From a virus (Duplodnaviria > Caudoviricetes), in the IMG/VR virus record IMGVR_UViG_3300042291_001013: a DNA stretch of 64,000 nucleotides. One strand, 5' to 3'. The notes under the pieces were generated by a model that saw only the letters and a program-made list of their open reading frames with translations, searched no databases and was not told the DNA's origin. The position numbers and the translations under genes were made by a program. Shown piece after piece: positions 35,600 through 44,712 of the stretch; the first letter of the stretch is position 1, and each line of letters starts with the position of its first letter.

Positions 35600-36969
35600 A
35601 CCTTTTCTCCTGCGTCAAAGTCACGGAATCTCAAGAACCTGGGGAATCGGAGTGAGTAGGTTCCGTCTTGGTTTTGGGTAACTGCGTCCGCTTGGACTTC
35701 AACCAAGTGACCAAGTAAGTGATCCCTATTGGTCCAATACTCATCACGAAGAGCATCGCTAAAGCCAGTACCAACATTAACATAAATTCTACGGTCATTG
35801 TCATCTCCTTCACAAATTATAGCACCCAACCGGCCTGCATTGCGACCAGTTCCTTCTTCAAAACCCACAATGTTCAAATCAACACTAATGGTGGGTTTCC
35901 ATTTCATCCACGAGTCTGAACGTTTACACTCGTACGGTGCATCCAGGCTCTTGATCATGATGCCTTCAAAGCCTTCGGCAACACAATCCTGTGCATACCG
36001 ATTCATGATGTCATGTCCTTCAGCTGTGTCCAAGTCCACATCCAGGCCGTTCATGATACGCAAACAATCAGTGTCCATCAACTGTGTTTTGGCACTGTCA
36101 ATCCATTCAATTCTTTTGTACTGTTGCAAGTTGCAGTGGCCTTCTTTGAGGGCATCCAAGGGCAAGATGTCAAAAATATGATACACCATGTTATCAGTTT
36201 TGGCATCGCTTTTACGATGTGCTTGCTTCATGAGTTTCTGAAAACTCTCGCCCACAATCTCACCGTCTAACACAAAGTGACCACCTGTACCGCGACCCCA
36301 CTGGAATGCCTTGCGATTATCTAAAATAGCTTCTGCAATCTGCGGGAAGTTTTCAAACTCCTTGCCATTTCGACTAAACAGTGTACAAGCATCACCTGAA
36401 ACCACAGCCAATACACGTACCCCATCCAGTTTACATTCCAGGCGTTTGATACCTCGGAGCTTTTTGGGCTGGTCTGTTGAATCCTGTGCTAACTGGCATG
36501 AGAACACTGGAATCCGGTATTCAGTCTTGCCCACAACCTTGTTAATGGTCTTTTCGGACACACCGCATCGCAAATCCTTGATCAGCACACGTCGAGCCAG
36601 GTTGTTCCATTCATCACTGTCAAACTCATCAGCACATTCTTGAATGGCGTCACGTGCGCGATGTCCACTAATACCTCGTGTGCGCAGGTCTTCTAGCAAG
36701 GCCCAAAAACGCGGCCAAGGATTATCGCGCCCGGTTAAGTCTGTAGTTTCAGGAACTTGCCGAACGTTGAACGCATAAAAAGGATTGTAGGCTTGGTAGC
36801 AGTTAAACAAAAAACACTGTGCATCGGCACTGCCCAACCTGGCCGCCATCAGAGCTTTTTCAATAACTTTCTCCTTGTGTATGCGGCTGTCCGAACTTTC
36901 TAGATCACGAATCCAGCCTGCCGCCATTACACCGCCAAATCTTTCGTTTGAGAAATCAGTTTCATTCAT
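35596..36969 (-). CDS. ATP-dependent DNA ligase
   Basis: ECKLDGVR (KxDG), VLDGEIV, FDIL, EGIMIK, WMKWKP, OB domain. Confidence 0.95.
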   Translation of the reverse strand: MNETDFSNERFGGVMAAGWIRDLESSDSRIHKEKVIEKALMAARLGSADAQCFLFNCYQAYNPFYAFNVRQVPETTDLTGRDNPWPRFWALLEDLRTRGISGHRARDAIQECADEFDSDEWNNLARRVLIKDLRCGVSEKTINKVVGKTEYRIPVFSCQLAQDSTDQPKKLRGIKRLECKLDGVRVLAVVSGDACTLFSRNGKEFENFPQIAEAILDNRKAFQWGRGTGGHFVLDGEIVGESFQKLMKQAHRKSDAKTDNMVYHIFDILPLDALKEGHCNLQQYKRIEWIDSAKTQLMDTDCLRIMNGLDVDLDTAEGHDIMNRYAQDCVAEGFEGIMIKSLDAPYECKRSDSWMKWKPTISVDLNIVGFEEGTGRNAGRLGAIICEGDDNDRRIYVNVGTGFSDALRDEYWTNRDHLLGHLVEVQADAVTQNQDGTYSLRFPRFLRFRDFDAGEKV

Positions 36970-36981
36970 ATACTTAATGCC

Positions 36982-37425
36982 TTACCATGATGAGTTATAA
37001 AACACTTTTAAGCCCATGAACATCTCGGCACGGGCATTTTTAATGAACTCAAGATCCTGACTGTAATAGTGTTGATCTGAGTCATTGCCAAAAAAGAATC
37101 CTGCTGTTGCGGGCAGTTTGTGCTTTTTGACTGCCTTCTCTAGCTCGTCAAGATCTTCAGCACCGAGTTCTAGTTCAATACCATTGAAACTACTACCCCA
37201 CTCACTTTCAGGAATGTCGCGATTGGTATCATGCATTTTGCGTTTCCACAAACTTTCCATCCAACCATGCAGGTTAGGATGCTTGCGCCAGTAAGCAATT
37301 TCTCGTGGCTTGTTTACTTTTTTGTTTACATAATCACGAGTGGCTTCGTCAAACTCGGCACCGTCGTAGTAGTCTGATTGCTGTCCAGCACGGGCGGCCA
37401 CATAAGCATACATATCAAGACCCAC
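36982..37425 (-). CDS. Hypothetical protein (MGLDMY-type; GTG start)
   Basis: SD AAGGAG 6 nt before GTG 37425. Confidence 0.75.
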   Translation of the reverse strand: MGLDMYAYVAARAGQQSDYYDGAEFDEATRDYVNKKVNKPREIAYWRKHPNLHGWMESLWKRKMHDTNRDIPESEWGSSFNGIELELGAEDLDELEKAVKKHKLPATAGFFFGNDSDQHYYSQDLEFIKNARAEMFMGLKVFYNSSW

Positions 37426-37579
37426 GACCAACTCCTTTTTGATACTGGTACTCACGTTTGAGCCACCAGCGATAACGTTGAAAATATTCTTGCATGGTAT
37501 ATCGCGGTTCGCTGTATGCATCATGCTCTTCGCAGTTCTGCCGCCACAACTCTTCTAGCCATTTGCGAAAGGGCTTCAT
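37415..37579 (-). CDS. 54-aa aromatic-rich hypothetical protein
   Basis: Manual translation MKPFRKWLEELW...; ATGA coupling. Confidence 0.65.
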   Translation of the reverse strand: MKPFRKWLEELWRQNCEEHDAYSEPRYTMQEYFQRYRWWLKREYQYQKGVGRGS

Positions 37580-37860
37580 GCGGCCTCCAGCATGTTGGCT
37601 GGCACGTTGAACAAGCCACCGTTGGTCTTGACAAGAACATATTTGATCTTGACTTTGTTCACAGTGCCAATGTATGTTAGGCCGTTGCGATTGCTGGTAA
37701 ACTTTACAGAGTCTCCTGCCTGGAAGGCACGTTTATTTTGCTTGGCCAAGCCGGCTCGTGCAAACTTCACTGCCGAAATAACACTTTCAAGTTCAACGTT
37801 AGAAAGATTACCAAACATGATTGCAGAATTGATCTGCTGGATTGTGCTAAGTTGTTCCAT
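37576..37860 (-). CDS. Hypothetical protein with KOW/SH3-like C-terminus
   Basis: GDSVKF...GTVNKV. Confidence 0.6.
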   Translation of the reverse strand: MEQLSTIQQINSAIMFGNLSNVELESVISAVKFARAGLAKQNKRAFQAGDSVKFTSNRNGLTYIGTVNKVKIKYVLVKTNGGLFNVPANMLEAA

Positions 37861-37897
37861 CTGGGGCTCCTTTGTTGCGTATGTGTATATTGTACAC

Positions 37898-38287
37898 TCA
37901 AACAGTTTTACCGTCAACCAATCTACGGATGCGGTGGGCCATGTCGTCGGGTGTGTCGCCTTTGCCTGTCAGCATGTAGGCACCGTACTCCACCATGTCT
38001 GCCTGCTTGAACTCCAGGTCAATGCCCAAGTTCTTGAACACAACGTTAACCTGCTTCAGGGTCTCTTCTACTGTCTTATGCACAATCTCTAGATGATCAT
38101 TGTCGATCTCGTCCTCATCGTATCCAACTTCGTCTGTTAGCACTTTGGTAAAGGACATTTCGTCGTCCATAATGCAGAACTTGCCAAACGCCTTGTTCAG
38201 GGCGTCGTCGCCAAAGTCCTCAATGCCCTCACCAATGTCGTTGGTGTCGATATCGTTAAGGTGTTGTTGTTTAGAAAATGTACGCAT
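37898..38287 (-). CDS. Acidic hypothetical early protein
   Basis: SD AAGGAG behind a promoter cassette. Confidence 0.75.
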   Translation of the reverse strand: MRTFSKQQHLNDIDTNDIGEGIEDFGDDALNKAFGKFCIMDDEMSFTKVLTDEVGYDEDEIDNDHLEIVHKTVEETLKQVNVVFKNLGIDLEFKQADMVEYGAYMLTGKGDTPDDMAHRIRRLVDGKTV

Positions 38288-38317
38288 TTCTGGCTCCTTT
38301 TTGTTAAACTATGCTAT

Positions 38318-38346
38318 ATTATAGCAGTTTGGGAATTATTGGTCAA
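38318..38346 (-). promoter_or_regulatory. Repeated sigma70 early promoter (copy 4)
   Basis: TTGACC-AATAATTCCCAAACTGC-TATAAT. Confidence 0.9.
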
Positions 38347-38355
38347 CCGCGTGGA

Positions 38356-38634
38356 TCACATGCTCCAGTAAGTTTCGCTAGCCGGGTTGCAACACCAAGG
38401 AGTGTCAGCATCAATTTCCACAGGCTTGCCGCTCATCAAATTCTTTACAGTGATCCGGGGTGCAGTATAGGTTGCACGAGCCACAATGTTCAGTTGACTT
38501 TCGTTCCAACCTGCTTTGTTGCAAAGACGGGTACGAGTTGCCTTAGCGGCACCAAAAGTTTTGTATGCACGGGTTTTATTGGGACCGTCTGTAACAATAA
38601 GACCTGTACCTTTTGCGACAATTACGTAACTCAT
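38356..38634 (-). CDS. Hypothetical early protein
   Basis: Start MSYVIV with leader AAACAGCAAACAGGAGCC. Confidence 0.75.
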   Translation of the reverse strand: MSYVIVAKGTGLIVTDGPNKTRAYKTFGAAKATRTRLCNKAGWNESQLNIVARATYTAPRITVKNLMSGKPVEIDADTPWCCNPASETYWSM

Positions 38635-38664
38635 TTGTGGCTCCTGTTTGCTGTTTATGTGTAT

Positions 38665-38693
38665 ATTATAGCATTTTGGGATATTTTGGTCAA
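38665..38693 (-). promoter_or_regulatory. Repeated sigma70 early promoter (copy 5)
   Basis: TTGACC-AAAATATCCCAAAATGC-TATAAT. Confidence 0.9.
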
Positions 38694-38699
38694 CCAAAG

Positions 38700-38726
38700 A
38701 AAAACCCTGCAAATTGCAGGGTTTTT
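38700..38726. terminator. Intrinsic terminator
   Basis: AAAAACCCTGC-AAATT-GCAGGGTTTTT. Confidence 0.9.
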
Positions 38727-38773
38727 GTAGTACTAAAGTATTACCTTTAGAATGTTGCGTTTTTACAACACTA

Positions 38774-39319
38774 TTAGAAAGCGCGAGTGTATGACAACGC
38801 CATATTTTTCTGGTCACTGTCGCCATTTACACGATCATAGGCCAATGTGATGCTGTCTTTCTTGGACAGAGCATAGCTCAAAGAAGTACGCACCGCACGA
38901 GTTTGGTCTGCAAAAGCCGTGTTGTCAAAGGCATCGCGGAAACGATATCCCAAGCTGGCAGTGAATGGACCAACTGGTACTCGTACGCCTGGCTCCACAC
39001 TGTAGTAATTCCAATCAGTGCTGGTAGTAAATCTACGACCAACAGCCGTACGCACATAACCGGTCACAGGGCCAAGAGGAGCAGTAGCAGTAAGGCCACC
39101 TTCCAAACGTCCGCCTACTGAGTTACTATTTTCAGTGTGTACAGTGTGTGATACTGCATCAATAGTCAGTGACTTGTTGATGGGTGCTCGCACTGCTAGG
39201 CTGTACATCTTTTGATCATTGCCAGTGGCGTTGTCAATATCAGTATAACCCAAAGTCACGCTTTGTGCAAATGCTGAACCAGTTAGGGCCAAGGCCAGGA
39301 TAGCAAAAAATTTCTTCAT
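38774..39319 (-). CDS. Small outer-membrane beta-barrel protein
   Basis: Signal peptide, alternating amphipathic strands, C-terminal YTRAF. Confidence 0.75.
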   Translation of the reverse strand: MKKFFAILALALTGSAFAQSVTLGYTDIDNATGNDQKMYSLAVRAPINKSLTIDAVSHTVHTENSNSVGGRLEGGLTATAPLGPVTGYVRTAVGRRFTTSTDWNYYSVEPGVRVPVGPFTASLGYRFRDAFDNTAFADQTRAVRTSLSYALSKKDSITLAYDRVNGDSDQKNMALSYTRAF

Positions 39320-39346
39320 AATTTCTCCTTTAATGTGAAGTAAGTT

Positions 39347-39376
39347 AGTATAACAGTTGCGTGTTGACATGTCAAC
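39347..39376 (-). promoter_or_regulatory. Sigma70 promoter with 14-bp palindrome on the -35
   Basis: TTGACA-17-TATACT; GTTGACATGTCAAC at 39363-39376. Confidence 0.8.
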
Positions 39377-39420
39377 TGTCATAGAATAATATTTACCGTG
39401 GAAACTGCAATACGGCAAAA

Positions 39421-41547
39421 TTACGAACCAGAAACCACGTATCTTGCAGGCGACGCAGTGACTTCCGCTCGATTTTTTGGATACGTATTAAACAAATCCG
39501 GGTTAGGGCGGCAATCTACAAAATTCCCGCCAGGTGCCGATCCTGTGGGAATTTTGTTGGCAGTGTTTCTAACACCCACAACGTCTAACCGGGTTTGGTT
39601 GTAGGCTTCTCTTATGGCACCAATGCCGGCCTGTCCGGTCAGTGTGGTGGTGTCAAGCACTTGGTTCAGCAAGTCCCAGGCCCCGCATGTGCTGGGGTCA
39701 CTGGCAAACTGTGGAAAACTTTCTACTAAAGAATATGTGCTTGTGGTGGTTCCAGATTGGAATACAAAATAGTTTACTCCAGCCTGACTTTGCCACTGTG
39801 CTTGTTGGTTCATGATTGTGGCCATGTAGTTCCATGCTGTGTTTAGGATTGCAACTTGTGCGTTAGCTGACAGTGCCGCAATAGCTGTGTTGGCATTGCC
39901 AATGTATGTTAACACTGTTGCATCATCGGGCGCTGTGGCAATATTGTTGTATGCAGTGTTTAGTGCGGCAAGACTACCTGCGGCCTGCAATGCATTGATT
40001 GCTGTGGTTGCTGTGTTGAGTTGTGCGGCAAAGTTGTCATGGTCAATCATTATGCCCAGCACATCACACATGGTAAGAGTGTTATAGCAGCCAGTGCCAG
40101 TGGCCACTGAGTTGTCAAAGAAATTAGTCACTGACGAATCAACTGACGCTGTCTGCGCTTGTACCAAGCCCAGATCATCCATGGTCAACAAGTTGCCACG
40201 GTCAATAGGTTGCCAATAATCAGTGTCATTGAGTGCTGTTCCTGCAGGGACGTCTTGCTGACTTTGATAAGCCTGTGGAATTACCCCGCTGTTGTCGGCC
40301 ACAATTTCATTGGGCAAGTAATCACGATTACTGTTCCATGCAGGATCACGACCTGCCGCATAAATTGCCTTGCCAAATGCCGGCCATGTTGAGTTTGAAA
40401 GATTGGGTATGTTTTGTAATGATACTTGCAGAGCTTTGTTGGCCACAGCAGTGGCCTGTGGAATAATCTTGCCCAGTTCATCACAGCCTGACGCACTTGG
40501 CAAATACAAGTTGACAATTTCTGCTGTGCCACTGTTGACATAACCTTGTTGACTGTAGACATAAATGGGGCCTTGGGGCGACTGCGTTAACAATGTGTCA
40601 TAGCTGAGTGGAAACATCACCAAGGGATCCAGCAGTTGGTCTGCACTTTCAATGTTGGGTGTGGTAATTTCCAAAATGTCCAACAACTGTTGCAGGTTTT
40701 CTCCAGTGATCAATGTCAAGCCATCGTAGGCTTTTTTCTGCAATGTGTCAAATTGATTGCTAGTAAGACCATTGGGGTTAAACACACTGACTTGATTGTT
40801 GTTGACCAGGTCCAGAATCTCAGATGGTGCAAGCCCTGACGCAATCAATGCTGATTGAATTGAAGGCAATGCACCAGACAGTTTGGCCACTTTGGTGATT
40901 TGTTGTATCAACCCAGCTGGGGTGCCGTATAGCTCAAGATTTTTTGTATCAACCAGTTTGCCCTGTCGTGATACATCAGTACCAAATCGATCAAACACCG
41001 GGTTGACTTTGACTACATCAGCCGATGTCAGCGAATCCATGGTGGTAAACGTTGGCCCAAGATAGTTGTCAGCATTGACTGCTGAGTTAATAAACTTATT
41101 TGTGGTTTGTACAAAACTGTACATGGACAGAAATCCCTGTGCAAATCGCCCCACATCAAGTCCCACGTCATTGCGACCCAGGTAAGCATTGCCAGTGTCC
41201 TGAATCAAGTTGCTGAATCCATAGGGTTGAAAGGTAGAAGTATCAGACAAACTAGGCAAATATTCGTATCTCAAGTAAGGGTAATTGCCCACTGGTGAAT
41301 AAGGTATGCTGTTGCCCAGGGCAGGACATGCAGTGCTACCAATGCTCAACAGTTTGTCCAGCGTGGATTCTGTTTTGAAACTCTGTGATGCATAATAGTT
41401 GACTGCGGTCAACCAATTGGCAATTGCTGTGGTAGCGTTGAAACTGGTGATAGCAGTTGTCAACGCTGTGGGCAAAGTTTTGATACCAGTGTTGTTTAAA
41501 AACCCGGCCAATGCTGTCAGCTGTAACGGTGTTGAAACGCTGGCCAT
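39421..41547 (-). CDS. Probable virion/baseplate-associated protein with CBM5/12-like insert
   Basis: Directly downstream of PAAR; Ala/Thr/Asn-rich. Confidence 0.5.
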   Translation of the reverse strand: MASVSTPLQLTALAGFLNNTGIKTLPTALTTAITSFNATTAIANWLTAVNYYASQSFKTESTLDKLLSIGSTACPALGNSIPYSPVGNYPYLRYEYLPSLSDTSTFQPYGFSNLIQDTGNAYLGRNDVGLDVGRFAQGFLSMYSFVQTTNKFINSAVNADNYLGPTFTTMDSLTSADVVKVNPVFDRFGTDVSRQGKLVDTKNLELYGTPAGLIQQITKVAKLSGALPSIQSALIASGLAPSEILDLVNNNQVSVFNPNGLTSNQFDTLQKKAYDGLTLITGENLQQLLDILEITTPNIESADQLLDPLVMFPLSYDTLLTQSPQGPIYVYSQQGYVNSGTAEIVNLYLPSASGCDELGKIIPQATAVANKALQVSLQNIPNLSNSTWPAFGKAIYAAGRDPAWNSNRDYLPNEIVADNSGVIPQAYQSQQDVPAGTALNDTDYWQPIDRGNLLTMDDLGLVQAQTASVDSSVTNFFDNSVATGTGCYNTLTMCDVLGIMIDHDNFAAQLNTATTAINALQAAGSLAALNTAYNNIATAPDDATVLTYIGNANTAIAALSANAQVAILNTAWNYMATIMNQQAQWQSQAGVNYFVFQSGTTTSTYSLVESFPQFASDPSTCGAWDLLNQVLDTTTLTGQAGIGAIREAYNQTRLDVVGVRNTANKIPTGSAPGGNFVDCRPNPDLFNTYPKNRAEVTASPARYVVSGS

Positions 41548-41834
41548 TATCCAGCCCTTACATCGCCGGAGCCGCCAGCTCTAGCATGTCCACATGTGTC
41601 GCCTGCGCCTGCGACCACTACAGCAACACCGCCAGCTCGCACTGTGCCAACACCGCCAGCTGTGCTGGCACTGCAATGTATGGGTGGTGCTCGACGCTGA
41701 CCGCAGGGTGGATGAGCAGTGACTCCGTTGCCGTTGACAATCACTGGACGATTGTTGACTCTTACAGAACCAACTCCCCCAGTGGCAACTCCCCCTGCAC
41801 CATTTGCATCACCTACTCGTTGTACTGCTGGCAT
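41547..41834 (-). CDS. PAAR spike-tip protein (T4 gp5.4-like)
   Basis: RVGD, GSVRVNNRP, H..C..H, DTCGH. Confidence 0.85.
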   Translation of the reverse strand: MPAVQRVGDANGAGGVATGGVGSVRVNNRPVIVNGNGVTAHPPCGQRRAPPIHCSASTAGGVGTVRAGGVAVVVAGAGDTCGHARAGGSGDVRAG

Positions 41835-41835
41835 G

Positions 41836-42138
41836 TTATCCCATTATGATTTTCTTGTCGGGTACCTTGATACCAGTGGTGGCTTCAAGATACTTCATGC
41901 GCACTGCATCGTCAGTGGGCGCATACAGTCCGACACTGTTCATATTTAGTGTGGGGTTTTCGTCAGGATCTGCGGTAAACATACTGGGTACCAGGCCCAT
42001 GCCCTGCGGGCCCGGGGCCACGCTCACAGGGTGTTCAATAGACACTGTGTTGTCGCCTTGCGCAACAACTTTGGCAATAAGTTCTTCTCCTGAGTTTAAC
42101 TTAAAGGTGTAAACTTTACCTGTTTCAATTGATTGCAT
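41836..42138 (-). CDS. Sm-like small beta protein
   Basis: TFKLNSGEELIAKV pattern. Confidence 0.5.
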   Translation of the reverse strand: MQSIETGKVYTFKLNSGEELIAKVVAQGDNTVSIEHPVSVAPGPQGMGLVPSMFTADPDENPTLNMNSVGLYAPTDDAVRMKYLEATTGIKVPDKKIIMG

Positions 42139-42140
42139 TT

Positions 42141-42812
42141 TTAAACTTTCTGTATAACGTATTGATAATTGATCATGCCAATGGCAATATGCTTTCTAAA
42201 CATATTAACAAAAGCATCAATGCTCATTTTAGGATGGTCCAACACATCCGGGGATTCATTCCACAAATAGTCGTCAAATATCATATAGCCTTGTTTTTTA
42301 AGAAGACCAAATGCCATAGTAGCATCTGCTAACACAGCATCAGAACAGTGACTTCCGTCTACATATATAAGATCAAATTCCCGACGGTCTACAATTAACT
42401 GTGCCAGGCCATGATAGCTCATGACCGGCATGACTTCAACTGTTTGTGTGGGCAATTTTGTTAGGTCTGTATTGTGCCGGTGTATGTCTTGAATAATACG
42501 TTGCTCAGGTAACTCATCGTTTTTGTATGCATTCATTGGTGTGTTACCAAACGGATCAATGCAAGTGATAGTTCCATCTTTGGCCAACAAGTTTTCCAGC
42601 ATCCAACAAGTGGCGCGGCCTTCGTGCGAACCAATTTCCAAGATACTAGATAACTTTTGTTCAGCATGTTCCTTGACAAAGTTAAAGTTTACCAAACCAT
42701 TTGAAAACCAGTCAGCTGTGAAAAAGTGTTTGGTTTCAAAGTCTGGTATATTTTGTCGAAACCAGTCTATTGTGATGTTGTCTAAATCAGGCAAGTTTTT
42801 GTCTGAGCTCAT
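42141..42812 (-). CDS. Class I SAM-dependent methyltransferase (Methyltransf_24-like)
   Basis: LEIGSHEG, DLIYVDGSH, IFDDY. Confidence 0.88.
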   Translation of the reverse strand: MSSDKNLPDLDNITIDWFRQNIPDFETKHFFTADWFSNGLVNFNFVKEHAEQKLSSILEIGSHEGRATCWMLENLLAKDGTITCIDPFGNTPMNAYKNDELPEQRIIQDIHRHNTDLTKLPTQTVEVMPVMSYHGLAQLIVDRREFDLIYVDGSHCSDAVLADATMAFGLLKKQGYMIFDDYLWNESPDVLDHPKMSIDAFVNMFRKHIAIGMINYQYVIQKV

Positions 42813-43008
42813 TGAACCCTCCCACATGTGCATCATCTAAAAAGATTTGCGGTAGTGTGCGGGCAGTTGGAACTGCTTCTAATAATTGTTCTCGGGTCCA
42901 GCCATGCATAATATTGCGTTCTTCGTATTCAATGCCTCGGCTTTCAAGCAGTGCTTTGGCTTGAACACAATAAGGACATTGATCCTTACTCCATACTATC
43001 GCTTTCAT
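42787..43008 (-). CDS. Glutaredoxin
   Basis: CPYC, TLPQIF, GGF. Confidence 0.95.
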   Translation of the reverse strand: MKAIVWSKDQCPYCVQAKALLESRGIEYEERNIMHGWTREQLLEAVPTARTLPQIFLDDAHVGGFNELRQKLA

Positions 43009-43419
43009 TCAGTTTCCTTGTTTTGATGTATCATAAGTTTGTGCAAAAATATCTTTCTTTACAACGCCATAGTCACCAGGACCATGCTTGACAATATAAT
43101 CATTGCCTTTGGTATATTCTAAATTGCCCCAGCTGGCTTTTACAACACCATCATGGTCAGCAAGTCGAGCTACCTTCATGATCTTCTTGGGTGTTGCCGT
43201 GCCGTCGCCGTTGTCATCATAATAGGCCGTAAACTTGATAGGGCTTACAGGATACCGTTCGCCCTTGGGGCCTGTAATAATCTTGTGTCCCACTGTATAT
43301 GCAACAGGACCTTCTAGTGTGTCTACTGTGCCGTTGTCTGTGGCAGTTTCATACTTGATGGGAGTAGGGTGCTTGTAGGTTTCAAACCCACCTTGTTGGA
43401 ACCATTCGTCGTTAATCAT
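43009..43419 (-). CDS. PGDYG-family protein
   Basis: KHGPGDYGVV..IFAQTY. Confidence 0.65.
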   Translation of the reverse strand: MINDEWFQQGGFETYKHPTPIKYETATDNGTVDTLEGPVAYTVGHKIITGPKGERYPVSPIKFTAYYDDNGDGTATPKKIMKVARLADHDGVVKASWGNLEYTKGNDYIVKHGPGDYGVVKKDIFAQTYDTSKQGN

Positions 43420-44516
43420 AAGTTTGGTAACTCGTCGTAATCAATATTCTCGCTCATTACACCAATAACATAGTTGGTGCTTTCATTTTCCTGTAGTGCT
43501 GTTTGCTTTTTGCTAACATCAACGTGTTTGTTAAACCAAGGAATTGGGGTGCTACGTGGTGCAGGCTCCTGGTACTTGATTCCAATTTCTTTAAGTGCAT
43601 TGACTGCTGTGTAGTCCACAAAGTCTTTGAGAATGTTAGCGTTAAGTCCAATCACGGGGCCTTTCTTGAACAAGTATTCAGCCCAGGCTTTTTCTTCACG
43701 GATCACATCCAAGTACATCTGATACACTTCAGCTTCACATTCTGCTTTGGCCTTGGCAAAGCGCGGATCTTCTTTGACAACCTGATTGATCAACCAAGCT
43801 GTCCATTCCTTGTGCAGAATCTCGTCTTGCAAGATCAAGCCAATAATATTACCATTGCCCATAAAGATGCGATTCTCTACCATGGCTAAACTAGTAGCAA
43901 AGCTAACCATAAAGCGGAATGCTTCTAGTGCATAACTAGCGTTAAGAGCCATCCAAATTGCTTTGATGTGTTCATGTTCAGAAAACTTTTCTAACAATTC
44001 TTTGCGACAGTTGATCATGTGCAACTTATCATAGTAGTTGCCCACACTTGATGCCATGTCCACAATCTCTTGTGTGTCGTGGATAGTGTTGAACACATCC
44101 TTGGGCACGTTGTAGATGTTGCGAATGATGTGACTGTAACTGCGACTATGAATGTTTGTTTCAAAGAATGTCCAGTTGTACACCAGGGCCTCTAGTTCGG
44201 GAATACTCACAACAGGTGTAAAGATTTGACTTGGGCCACGTCCTTGTAAACTGTCTAGTGCTGTTTGCCGTAGTAGATTTGATGTAAAGATATGCTTGAC
44301 AGTATCTGATGCGTCTTTGAAGTCTTGTGCGTCTTTGGTTAACGAGATTTCTTCTGGTACCCAAAAGAAGCCACGTGCTTCTTGCTCGTACTTGACTAGT
44401 TTGTTGTATTTGACTTCTTCAAATCGTTGTACTGTTACCGGGCCTGCTGGGTCCAGGAACATCTTGCGATTGAGATAGTCTGTTTTTAATTTTAAATTGT
44501 ATTGTGCTTGACTCAT
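43416..44516 (-). CDS. nrdB: Ribonucleotide reductase class Ia beta subunit
   Basis: FWVPEEI, LDSLQGR, ETNIHSRSY, EAFRF, DEILH. Confidence 0.97.
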   Translation of the reverse strand: MSQAQYNLKLKTDYLNRKMFLDPAGPVTVQRFEEVKYNKLVKYEQEARGFFWVPEEISLTKDAQDFKDASDTVKHIFTSNLLRQTALDSLQGRGPSQIFTPVVSIPELEALVYNWTFFETNIHSRSYSHIIRNIYNVPKDVFNTIHDTQEIVDMASSVGNYYDKLHMINCRKELLEKFSEHEHIKAIWMALNASYALEAFRFMVSFATSLAMVENRIFMGNGNIIGLILQDEILHKEWTAWLINQVVKEDPRFAKAKAECEAEVYQMYLDVIREEKAWAEYLFKKGPVIGLNANILKDFVDYTAVNALKEIGIKYQEPAPRSTPIPWFNKHVDVSKKQTALQENESTNYVIGVMSENIDYDELPNL

Positions 44517-44520
44517 TGTA

Positions 44521-44712
44521 TTACCAGTGTCTAATTGTGTTGGCTATGATAAAGCCACAAGTTATAACATGTATTATAACCCAAAATGTTTTAAAGAACA
44601 AGGCTATTCGAGCTTCTCGAAGTGTTAGTATAGGCACATCAGGACGGTCATGATCTGACTCGCCCATCAAGTGCCCAGTTGCTCGGGCCCAGACTTTTTC
44701 TAAGCTATTCAA
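44521..44712 (-). CDS. Small membrane protein
   Basis: C-terminal TM. Confidence 0.6.
   Translation of the reverse strand: MNSLEKVWARATGHLMGESDHDRPDVPILTLREARIALFFKTFWVIIHVITCGFIIANTIRHW

Noticed and set aside
36970-36976. TAAGTA late promoter for the DNA ligase
   Set aside because: Only 1 nt from the ATG, too close to yield a transcript containing that start; the ligase more likely rides on upstream early transcripts
5015-38693. CRISPR array from the repeated ~30-bp elements
   Set aside because: Repeats are dispersed sigma70 promoters, not regularly spaced, and no cas operon is present; the 49310 nuclease is a generic exonuclease
39363-39376. FNR/CRP site
   Set aside because: TTGAC-N2-GTCAA spacing does not fit TTGAT-N4-ATCAA or TGTGA-N6-TCACA
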